From assembly GCF_002105155.1 (NCBI RefSeq), contig NW_019029014.1, forward strand, positions 186,001-250,000: a stretch of 64,000 bases of DNA, written 5' to 3'. This DNA comes from Lobosporangium transversale. Lineage: Eukaryota. The notes below the pieces were generated by a model. The model saw nothing but the letters and a program-made list of their open reading frames with translations. It ran no database searches and had not been told where the DNA came from. A program made the position numbers and the translations under genes. Each line of letters starts with the position of its first letter. Position 1 is the stretch's first letter. Shown here piece after piece: positions 53,178 through 64,000 of the stretch.

Positions 53178-53484
53178 TCGTTAGGTCTATCCACCTGACC
53201 ACACCCAGTTAAAAAAAAAAAAAAAAAAAAAGTAAAAAAGTAAAAAAGTAAAAATGTAAAAATGTAATGAACCCTTTCTGTCGCATATATATATATGGTA
53301 TTTTATTAAATGAAAAAGAAGGTCAAGAGTCAAGAGGTATGTATATGGGACTTTATAAATATTTATATACAATGATAATGATAATGATGATGATGATGAT
53401 GATGATGATGTTAATGATTGATGATGAATGTTATTATTACTGTTTTTTTCATATTTATACTTTTTTAAGCTTTTTTAAACTTTT

Positions 53485-54417
53485 TTACTTGGAGGCATCA
53501 GGAACAGGTGAAGCAGCAGCGAGTTGATTCTCGAGCTCTTGAATGCGCTGTTGAAGACGCTCAATGGTTGAGCGATAGCTTTCCTCTGTATGATGACTAC
53601 CATGACTATGAGTGCCAGAGGACAGGTGAGGGGAATTGGGAAAACTTCGCATTCTGATCAAGATGCTGGACTGGTGGCGTTGGTTCTTTGGACCGTGCTC
53701 CAGATCGTGTGTCGTCGTATCCGAGTCGGTTTGATCTTGATGTAGACGTTCACCATCTCTTAGAATCCTGTGATGCTCACCCCCATAATAAACAGCATAC
53801 TGGGGTTCATGAAGATAAGAAGAGTGAGAATGTGAGGGAGATCTAGGGTGATGAGAAGGACTGATGGTGGGCGAAGAGGTGTTTGCTAGCTCATTGACTG
53901 TAGACGAGGCTGAAGAAGAGCCGGTGATGGCGATGGCGGGCACGGCTGTGTTTGCATCCTGCTGTTTTATGCTAGAGTTGCCATCTCGAGTTGCCTGTTC
54001 ATCGTCGTCGTTGTCATCATTATCGGGGACATAATCGGCAATGGAGGTGGCCATGTCTTGATCGATGACGGCGATCTTTTGCTTTTTTGGATTCCACCAA
54101 TGGGTCGGGTATTTTCTTGCGACGTTGTTGACGATTAGGGCGACGATCATCATCAGAGCAACGCCGAGGCCGATGGGACAGAGCACATACCAATAGCCAA
54201 GATCGTAGAGTGTTTGGCCACCGGAGACGGCGATCAGGGCAGTAGCAGAGGCAGGCGGGTGGACTGTGTGGGTCAACTGCATACAGAAGAGTGAGATGGA
54301 GACTGCAAGGGAGCAGAGTAACCAATGCAGCTTGGCAAAGGTCTCGGGAGAGAGTAGATTAAATAACTTGTAGAGCGAAACTCCAATCAATGAGGACATG
54401 ATGTGGCCACCAACTTT

Positions 54418-54451
<34 letters not shown>

Positions 54452-54910
54452 AAAAAGAAAAAGAAAGTTAGACGTTTTTGTCAGTCAGGGGAAAGCGTAA
54501 TGTATGCCAGGAGAGAAAGAGAGAGAAAGTGTGGATTGATTGTACACCATGTGGGAAAAACAGATCTGCGAAAAAAAAAAAATTAAATTAAAAAGAAAAA
54601 AAAAAAAAAAAAAAAACTTACTGACGTTGCGAGGCTGGGACAAGGGAGCTTCGATGGCACCGTAGATGAGGACAGCAGAGGCACCAAAGGAACCAGCCAT
54701 GACGGGCACATTTCGATCGATGAACCATTGGGCATTGTAGGTTAGGGAAGAAACGATGGCAATGCCGACAAAAGAACCGATGAAGGAAGAAAGTAGGACA
54801 GCAAGGCGAGAAGGAGGGGCCTTGGGAGGAGCTCTGAGCTTATCAGGGTTATGACGTTGACCCGTCATCCTGCTCACATAGGCCTCCAATGCAGGAAACT
54901 GCGCCATCAT
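53485..54910 (-). CDS. HPP family membrane protein; exons 54910-54622, 54413-53485
   Basis: GSFGASAVLIYG...PLSQPRNV/IGGH and TVHPPASATAL are HPP family motifs. Confidence 0.92.
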
Positions 54911-55045
54911 TTATTTTATTTTCTTCTTCTTCAAAGAGGAGGGAGAGGGAATGGATAGATGGAATAGAATGCCCTGGTTTTGATTTGATTTGAATTGGAT
55001 TGAATGCGAAGGTGTGATATATCTAGCTATGGAGGTGTACAAAGA

Positions 55046-55172
55046 TGGAATGAATGTCTGTATGAATGAATGAATGTCTGTATGAATGAATGTATGAATG
55101 AATGAATGAATGAATGTATGTATGAATGTATGTATGAATGAATGAATGAATATATATGAATGTGTGAATGAA
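55046..55172 (+). repeat. Compound (TGAA/TGTA)n microsatellite upstream of the HPP gene
   Basis: Tetranucleotide periodicity visible directly. Confidence 0.85.
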
Positions 55173-56037
55173 AAGAGATCAGAGAAAGGAAAGAAAGAAA
55201 GAAAGAGAAAAGGAAGGAAGGAAGGGATATAAATAAGAAAGAGAGAAGGAAGGAAAGAGAGAAGAATGAGAGAATAAGAAAAAGGGTGCTTCTGCCCGGC
55301 AAAACATGCAATTGTTACTGACAGGACAGGAAGAAAAGGAATGGAGCGGAGAAGATTGTCTTTGAAAAAAAAAAGTTTAAGTGCATTTAACAAAAGAAGG
55401 AAAAAAAAAAAAAACGTCGACTCGGTGGAAGGGATATATATATATATATATATATAAATTAATATTTATTTACTTATTTATGCATGAATACTTTTTCTCT
55501 TGCTGAGAACCATGCACATGCGGCGAATGCTTACAAAGTAGAAAGAACAAAAGAAAGAAAGAAAGGAATCCATCGTAAAAATATAAAAAAAAATTGATGA
55601 AGAATGATGAAAGTAGGATATAAAATGAGCCATTCCATCAAAAAAAAATTTTTTTTTTTTTTTCTTTCTAGTCAAACAAAGTCCCCATGCTGAATTCGTT
55701 GGTTCGGAATATTTCATTTATCCGTTTAACCCATACCCTTGTAAAAGACATCAAAAGAGAAAAAGGATCCCAACATCGTACATGTGTGCATTTACATATA
55801 CTTATTATATATATATATATATACTACATGTATTATATTTGTATATACATGTATTCATTCTTATTATATTACATCTGTGTTTATGGATGAGTCTAATCAA
55901 ATAATCAAATACAAAAACGACTTTGCAGCAATTGAACATCTGAATCTGACTAAAGAAACCGTTGCACAAAAAAAAAAATTTTTTTTTCATGTACACATGT
56001 ATATGTATATAAATATACTGAAGATAGTTTTTGGGTG

Positions 56038-56759
56038 AATCTATTTGACAACCCGGGTTGTCACTCTTATTTGACAACCCCCCCCTAATTTAGCAGTCAC
56101 ACCGGCTTATTTGGCAACCCAGGTCTTCAATTTTCACTTTTTTGTTATTTGACAACCCGGGTTGTCAAGAAAAGAAGAAAAATTGTCTTTTTCAACCTGT
56201 CACATGACAAGTCTTCACCATCTTGCACTTTTGGAGGGCCTTTCTCAGCTGGATTTCTAAAATGGTGGCAACACTCCATTATCATGACTGTGGTTATAGC
56301 TTCTTCTGTCTCTCTTTTTTTTCCTTTCCGCGTCTTACGCATGCGCCATCAAGCGTCGCATAACCACTCCGAATTTATGCATGCTTATATATCCAAAAAC
56401 CCCTTAGTGCATGTTACCCGTATAGGCACATTTTCTATAAAAGCAAACCCTTGTTTTAGAAATCAGTTGTAATAAAAAAACAACACCTCGTAACCAAAAA
56501 AAAAAAGTTTGTTATTTGATGGAAGCTTTTAGATTGCTGGAGGGATTTCATGTTGCTGAGGGATAGCAATAGAAACGATTTTCACATAATAATCTTGCCA
56601 ATAAAAAAGGGTTGTCAAATAATAGTGAGCTTGGGGTTGTCAAATTAGATATTTTACTATTTGGCAACCCGGGTTGTCACGCAAAGAAAAAAAATTGAGA
56701 AAAATAATTAAGGGGGGGGTTGTCAAATAAGAGTGACAACCCGGGTTGTCAAATAGATT
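56038..56759. mobile_element. 722-bp non-autonomous element with 49-bp perfect TIRs and reiterated TGACAACCC motifs
   Basis: 56038-56086 is the exact reverse complement of 56711-56759. No credible ORF inside. Confidence 0.85.
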
Positions 56760-59740
56760 GTGAAACGAAATTGCTCACCTGTGTCCATTCAGATGGACAC
56801 AGGCGGACACAGGTGGACACAGAAGGATACCAAGTCACAAAATTTTTATATTTCGCTTCACAAATCTTTTTCCACAAAATGGATTTGTGAAGCGAAATAG
56901 ACAAAATCTTTTTATGGTAGAGACAGTGTTAATGATTAAACATGACAGTTTTTATATTGATGAAGTATTCAATTATTTCTGTTATAGTGCGTTGGTAGCC
57001 GAGTCGAGTCAAAAATGCTTTGATAGTGCTTTGATGGTGTTTTGTCTTGTTAATAATGTTGACGATAATGCTTTTTCCTGGATGATACTTATGCTAAACA
57101 CCTTGGAATATCACAAATTTCACGACAATGGATTGCTTGTACATTGTATTTTCTCAGCCTCTTTTGGCTCAAGGATGCAGCCAACAGTTTTCTGCCTCTT
57201 GTAGCTCAGTTCATGTCTTGGTATTTCCGACACCATCACTACTTTGTGCTTTATTGCTTAAATTTGTATCCGAGGATATATATATATATGTATATATAAA
57301 AAAAAAAAGAAAAAAAAAAATTACCCTTACTCATCTACTCGTCCGCATCTTGGTGGCAGCCTTCGTCATTCCCGGTGTCTTTCAGAAGCTCTAGTCGAAT
57401 GGAATTGATTGTCCGACCCTTGTACTGAGCTGTCAGTGCGTCTACTACCTCTTCGAAGTCTCGCTTCTGTTTTTCGGCAATATTCTTTATCAGATCGAAA
57501 ATTTGACGCCTGCGCCTGAATGCCTTGTGACGCGCCTCTGTGAATGGCCATTTGTGATTTTCCTGCTTTGCCTGAGCAACGGGCCCACGGAATTCATCCC
57601 ATGCTTCCCTGACCGTCAATTGCTTGCCATCGCCTTTCATGAGGTAGCCTTTATACCTTTCATCTTCCGGCAATCGTTGTGTCTGCTCTGAGGTCATTGG
57701 AGCCTGCACATGGCTATGTTGATATGGCTGTTGCTGAGGACATGGTGGCAATTGGTTGGAAAATAATGGCTGCTGTTGCGGTGGAGCGGCCTGGCGAGCT
57801 TGATATAGACCCTGCGTAGTAGGAGCCTGAGGAACCGAAGGAAAAGAAGCTAGGCGGCTCTGTGCTGGCGCCAATGGAGAAGGATTAAACACAAAGGGCG
57901 GGCAAGACTGCACATGATATGGAAAAGGCTGCCGCACATTTGCGCTTTGTTGCTGCTGCAGCGATTGGAGAAGTAAGTGGATTTGCTCCTGTTGCTGCCT
58001 CTGTTGCTCCTGTTGCTCTGTCACAAGGGTGGATAGGGCCTCGAGCTTCTGGACCGTCTCATGCTGGAGTTGATGAAAGACCCGCGCCTCTACCGACAAC
58101 GTGTTAATGGCGCTTACCATAGTTTGCGCATTAACTGGCACATCCGCTTGGATGATGCCTGCTTGTCGGCGATGTACGTCGATGGCCCGAAGCAATTGAT
58201 GTTGGAAATCCAGAAAGAGCTGGCAACCAAAGATTTCTGGTAACGACTCGAGGAGTTTGTTCTCCAACATTTTCCCCTTGTCATTCGGCTTCAAAAAGAG
58301 CACTGCATCCTGAAGGATTACTCGCCTCATACGCACAAGAAGTTTGAGGAACCCAATGCGTGTAACAAGGGAGTCAGTGCTGAAGGCACGGGTCAATCGT
58401 TTCGAGCTCGTCTTCTTCTCGATTGGCGTCCAAAAAATGTCTTCGTCTGTCGGGACATTTGGATCGACCCCCAGCATTTCTTTGGCGCACTCCTCTCTCC
58501 AGGAGTCAGCTCTCTCCGGCATATCTTTATCAAAATTTTCCTCAATCCAAGGAAAGACCAGACGCTGGAGCTCTAAGGGCGGGGTGACCAAATCACGCTC
58601 GATAAAGTAAGGCTCATTCGGTCCAAACTGAGCCATACAAAAAGCGCCCCTGGTTGGGTTTTTTGGAGCATAGAAGTTCTCCATTTGCCCCATGACCCAC
58701 CTTCCCAAGTGGCGAATATCGTCCAGGCTTAAGCCCCTTTCGTAGGCTTCCGAGACCCCTGCATGTCGGCCAGAGTGCGTAATTTTGGCCGAATGCACGT
58801 CGCAGGCACGCATTACAGCCGCCGTAGTGCTCATTTGGGTTCGGCCAACAAGCGCTTCCTTTCGGTTCTCTAACCGTTCTTGGCTTGTGCCACCCCCTGT
58901 TAGCACCTTGATGCTGTACCACTCGTCAGGGTCCGCAAAATTGGGAAGAGGCTCCTTGAACACCTACAATAGGGAAAAAAAAAAAATAAAAAAAAAAAAT
59001 AAGGATATATGTCACTTCGTGTAATTGAATGAGAAAAAATCATACGCTCGCGTCAAGACTGACGGCATCATTTACCTGGAACCGTTCTAGCATATAAAAT
59101 GCAAACCCGCCCACGGTGCACCTTAAGAACAGCTTATGTCGATAAGCTGTCGCATAGAGTTCGACACCTTTATGGTTTGTCTTTCCACGTGTGATGCAGA
59201 AGACAAGCCCCGACGCCAGCTTTGACCCTGGCGCGGGGTGACGGGTCTGAATATTGAATGTGTTAGCCAGGTTCAAGTTTCGGATGTCCTCATCCCGCAG
59301 CAACATATGATGGCGTGCAAGGAGGCATAGCCTCTCCCTCATATACTGAAATCTTGTAACACTGTCGTAAGGTCGCCTGCCGCTTACTCCAACCGTCGGA
59401 AGCATGCGCCATGTAAAGGCCAACATACGCAGGTACATTTTAGTGTTGTACGGTTCTCGTACGGCACAGGTGGCAGTGCGGGATAAGGTGCCTGTCGTTA
59501 CTTTGTGATGGACAAGTTTCTCTCCATAATTTTTGATCGCCTCCGCTAGTGGTACATCCGTTCTTGGGTTTGGGGCGGGATTGGGATACGGAGCTGTCGA
59601 AGAAGACTGTTGCCTCCATAAGTATTGCAAAGCCTTCTTAACATTTGCGACTGTCCCCAGCGTGAGAGGAACAAAGACAATTTTGCTGCCATGTTTGTCC
59701 TCTGGTGCTTGCAGGATAACTACAAACGCAAAAGTATATC

Positions 59741-59775
<35 letters not shown>

Positions 59776-61534
59776 TTGTATAATAAAAAGTATCAACCAT
59801 TAGTGTAAATTGTAACAATCAAAGATACATTAAGGTGGATGCAGGATTAAGGAATGGTTTATTAAGTCATAATTTAGTAGGCTATTTATATTGATAATTA
59901 ACACTGAGTTGCGGCCATGGTGTCTTGTCACCTGGGGTACGCGTGATGGCGGAGCCTTCCCAAAGGTTTGGATCCCAGTACTGTATAACAATTTATATAT
60001 TAATACATGGTTATCTTTACATACCTTGTTCTCTTTCATTTTCAGTCCTGATAACGGCTGCAGTCTTCCGCTTCGGCGTGATGTTCTTGCTTGAACCCCC
60101 AACAGTTACAGCTTCATGTGATGCTCGCTCCTCATCATTCAATGCTATATCAATCTGCCATTGATGTGGGTCGACTCCTTCAGGTGGCTCCATATTATCC
60201 CAGGAGGGAGGAGCCTTCTTACCTCTCTGTGCCAATGACCTCAGCTGAAGCTCCAGATCTTCATCCTGTTCCTGTTCCTGTCCTTGTTCCTGTCCCTGCC
60301 CCTGACCCTGTCTCCGTTCCTGATCCTGTTCCTGACCCTGTCCCTGACCCTGTCCCTGTTGTTGACCTTGGTCTATGCTTTGGCCGTCGTCGTCATCAAC
60401 TTGCTCGCTGTTATCTAATGTCTCCAGTCTCTGCTCCATGTCGCTTAGTTCATGTTCGTCGATATCTGCCTCGACTAATTCGTCGATCTCTTCTCCCTCA
60501 TAGACTGCGTCTTCCCCAGCCTGAGAATTCGAAGAATCTCCTACACCCTGCTGGGCATACCCAATAGCGCCACGGTAGCAACGATCTGTGCCGATCAATC
60601 GCTTTACTGTTCGCTTGAAGACAACCGTTGTGAAGTATTCAAGCATGCGTTTCGCATCGACGCTACAGTCACCTTGATAATTTTCATTGCAGTATTGCTA
60701 AAAACAAAAAAGAGAATTAGCCAAGTCGTCTAGTTTGATAGCCTGTCTGAGATAGCTCATAGCGACATTTTGATGATCCAACATACCTCCCACAGCCGGA
60801 GCTGTGTCTTATATTGATTCACTGTCGTCGATGAATCTGGATCATCTAAAATCATCTGCAGCACACTTCTCGCCGACTCCTTCCGTGCGTTCGCCAGGGC
60901 CAGCTCTTCTTCTGTCAATGGACCGGAGTGAAGGACATTTGAGGATAAAGAATCAGCCTCACAACGCCTAGGGCGCTTAAAAGACTTTGCACTAACTCTA
61001 GCAGTCTGTGCCACTGGTGAAGGCTCTGGAGTCGTTTCGTCAGTCAGAATAACTCTTTTTCTCCTCGGTGCTGCACGAGTGGATCCAGTGCGAGTACTTG
61101 ACTTGGTTGGCTTCGTCTGACTGGTGCTTTGTTCCAAATCCATGCAGGTGAAATTGGATAAAATCTTTTCGTTGTTGTTTGTCATTTTGAAAGTGAGCAA
61201 GCAGGAATGAACCTTTGAAAATGCGAATGTGCCGTTATTTTTCTCAGTTTTAGTCAGGGGAGAGGGTAGGTCTACTCTGTGTATTGTAGGTTTTATTGTT
61301 TTATTGTGTAAATGAATGTATGGAGGAATGAAGGCGTGAAATAAAGAAGAAAGAAAGAGATCTTTAGCATGCCATGATGACATTGTTAAAATTTCGATGG
61401 ATTTGATGTCAATTCAAATTTCAGGACAAGTGTCGGAGTAAAAGCCACAAAACGGACACATGTCTTGTACGTACAGACATGAAACATAATACCCTTAAAT
61501 GGAAAAAGGACTGGATTTGGCATCATAATCCATT
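56753..61534 (-). mobile_element. Crypton (CryptonF-like) tyrosine-recombinase transposon, copy 1, 4782 bp
   Basis: The unit is defined by sequence restarting identically at 61535 (ATAGATTGTGAAACGAAATTGCTCACC..). It carries a single YR + GCR1_C-like gene. Confidence 0.88.
57335..61185 (-). CDS. Crypton tyrosine recombinase (Ndc10-like YR domain plus C-terminal GCR1_C-like DNA-binding domain); exons approx. 61185-60787, 60697-60025, 59719-59076, 58963-57335
   Basis: Catalytic set HHMLLR(R), RGKTN(K), THSGRHAG (HxxR), LGRW (W), MENFY (Y). C-terminal LTVREAWDEF...W......FRRRRQIFDLI. These splices keep the frame; a possible small extra exon near 59932-59980 is unresolved. Confidence 0.88.
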
Positions 61535-64000
61535 ATAGATTGTGAAACGAAATTGCTCACCTGTGTCCATTCAGATGGACACAGGCGGACACAGGTGGAC
61601 ACAGAAGGATACCAAGTCACAAAATTTTTATATTTCGCTTCACAAATCTTTTTCCACAAAATGGATTTGTGAAGCGAAATAGACAAAATCTTTTTATGGT
61701 AGAGACAGTGTTAATGATTAAACATGACAGTTTTTATATTGATGAAGTATTCAATTATTTCTGTTATAGTGCGTTGGTAGCCGAGTCGAGTCAAAAATGC
61801 TTTGATAGTGCTTTGATGGTGTTTTGTCTTGTTAATAATGTTGACGATAATGCTTTTTCCTGGATGATACTTATGCTAAACACCTTGGAATATCACAAAT
61901 TTCACGACAATGGATTGCTTGTACATTGTATTTTCTCAGCCTCTTTTGGCTCAAGGATGCAGCCAACAGTTTTCTGCCTCTTGTAGCTCAGTTCATGTCT
62001 TGGTATTTCCGACACCATCACTACTTTGTGCTTTATTGCTTAAATTTGTATCCGAGGATATATATATATATGTATATATAAAAAAAAAAAAGAAAAAAAA
62101 AAATTACCCTTACTCATCTACTCGTCCGCATCTTGGTGGCAGCCTTCGTCATTCCCGGTGTCTTTCAGAAGCTCTAGTCGAATGGAATTGATTGTCCGAC
62201 CCTTGTACTGAGCTGTCAGTGCGTCTACTACCTCTTCGAAGTCTCGCTTCTGTTTTTCGGCAATATTCTTTATCAGATCGAAAATTTGACGCCTGCGCCT
62301 GAATGCCTTGTGACGCGCCTCTGTGAATGGCCATTTGTGATTTTCCTGCTTTGCCTGAGCAACGGGCCCACGGAATTCATCCCATGCTTCCCTGACCGTC
62401 AATTGCTTGCCATCGCCTTTCATGAGGTAGCCTTTATACCTTTCATCTTCCGGCAATCGTTGTGTCTGCTCTGAGGTCATTGGAGCCTGCACATGGCTAT
62501 GTTGATATGGCTGTTGCTGAGGACATGGTGGCAATTGGTTGGAAAATAATGGCTGCTGTTGCGGTGGAGCGGCCTGGCGAGCTTGATATAGACCCTGCGT
62601 AGTAGGAGCCTGAGGAACCGAAGGAAAAGAAGCTAGGCGGCTCTGTGCTGGCGCCAATGGAGAAGGATTAAACACAAAGGGCGGGCAAGACTGCACATGA
62701 TATGGAAAAGGCTGCCGCACATTTGCGCTTTGTTGCTGCTGCAGCGATTGGAGAAGTAAGTGGATTTGCTCCTGTTGCTGCCTCTGTTGCTCCTGTTGCT
62801 CTGTCACAAGGGTGGATAGGGCCTCGAGCTTCTGGACCGTCTCATGCTGGAGTTGATGAAAGACCCGCGCCTCTACCGACAACGTGTTAATGGCGCTTAC
62901 CATAGTTTGCGCATTAACTGGCACATCCGCTTGGATGATGCCTGCTTGTCGGCGATGTACGTCGATGGCCCGAAGCAATTGATGTTGGAAATCCAGAAAG
63001 AGCTGGCAACCAAAGATTTCTGGTAACGACTCGAGGAGTTTGTTCTCCAACATTTTCCCCTTGTCATTCGGCTTCAAAAAGAGCACTGCATCCTGAAGGA
63101 TTACTCGCCTCATACGCACAAGAAGTTTGAGGAACCCAATGCGTGTAACAAGGGAGTCAGTGCTGAAGGCACGGGTCAATCGTTTCGAGCTCGTCTTCTT
63201 CTCGATTGGCGTCCAAAAAATGTCTTCGTCTGTCGGGACATTTGGATCGACCCCCAGCATTTCTTTGGCGCACTCCTCTCTCCAGGAGTCAGCTCTCTCC
63301 GGCATATCTTTATCAAAATTTTCCTCAATCCAAGGAAAGACCAGACGCTGGAGCTCTAAGGGCGGGGTGACCAAATCACGCTCGATAAAGTAAGGCTCAT
63401 TCGGTCCAAACTGAGCCATACAAAAAGCGCCCCTGGTTGGGTTTTTTGGAGCATAGAAGTTCTCCATTTGCCCCATGACCCACCTTCCCAAGTGGCGAAT
63501 ATCGTCCAGGCTTAAGCCCCTTTCGTAGGCTTCCGAGACCCCTGCATGTCGGCCAGAGTGCGTAATTTTGGCCGAATGCACGTCGCAGGCACGCATTACA
63601 GCCGCCGTAGTGCTCATTTGGGTTCGGCCAACAAGCGCTTCCTTTCGGTTCTCTAACCGTTCTTGGCTTGTGCCACCCCCTGTTAGCACCTTGATGCTGT
63701 ACCACTCGTCAGGGTCCGCAAAATTGGGAAGAGGCTCCTTGAACACCTACAATAGGGAAAAAAAAAAAATAAAAAAAAAAATAAGGATATATGTCACTTC
63801 GTGTAATTGAATGAGAAAAAATCATACGCTCGCGTCAAGACTGACGGCATCATTTACCTGGAACCGTTCTAGCATATAAAATGCAAACCCGCCCACGGTG
63901 CACCTTAAGAACAGCTTATGTCGATAAGCTGTCGCATAGAGTTCGACACCTTTATGGTTTGTCTTTCCACGTGTGATGCAGAAGACAAGCCCCGACGCCA
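61535..64000 (-). mobile_element. Crypton copy 2 (tandem, runs off the window edge)
   Basis: Matches 56753 onward at offset 4782/4783. The only differences I saw are 1-nt changes in poly(A) runs. Confidence 0.9.
62118..64000 (-). CDS. Crypton tyrosine recombinase, copy 2 (3' part only in window)
   Basis: The 542-aa ORF 62118-63746 is identical to ORF 57335-58963. Confidence 0.88.

Noticed and set aside
54911..55393. 160-aa HSFI-repeat ORF
   Set aside because: Translation of a microsatellite and purine-rich UTR/promoter sequence.
56038..56759. CRISPR-like reading of the TGACAACCC repeats
   Set aside because: Irregular spacing, mixed orientation, eukaryotic context, no cas genes.
56887..57204. 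105-aa plus-strand ORF (duplicated at 61669)
   Set aside because: Non-ATG start, AT-rich, antisense to the recombinase 3' region, no recognisable motif; identity between copies only reflects the duplication.

Overview
Gene-dense, intron-containing fungal DNA. Gene families, intron style and abundant poly(A)/poly(T) runs suggest an early-diverging fungus such as a Mortierellaceae member (inference). Positions 1.6-55 kb hold about 17 host genes: a TRIC-like membrane protein, FYVE+ARM protein, F-box/LRR protein, bleomycin hydrolase, long-chain acyl-CoA synthetase, GTP:AMP/adenylate kinase, kynureninase, arrestin-like protein, histidine phosphatase, BTB protein, Josephin DUB, RraA-like aldolase, HMT1-type ABC transporter, amino-acid permease, GRASP, HPP protein and one lineage-specific gene. 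Interspersed are a clean 163-bp hAT-type MITE, a Tc1/mariner remnant and a foldback element. The most notable part is 56-64 kb: an apparently intact 4782-bp Crypton-type tyrosine-recombinase transposon in a near-identical head-to-tail tandem array. Its unit junction resembles a recombinase att site. The array directly abuts, and shares 7 bp with, a 722-bp non-coding element that has 49-bp perfect TIRs and 13 copies of a TGACAACCC motif. Exon boundaries were read by eye from GT/AG signals and reading-frame continuity; no database searches were run.
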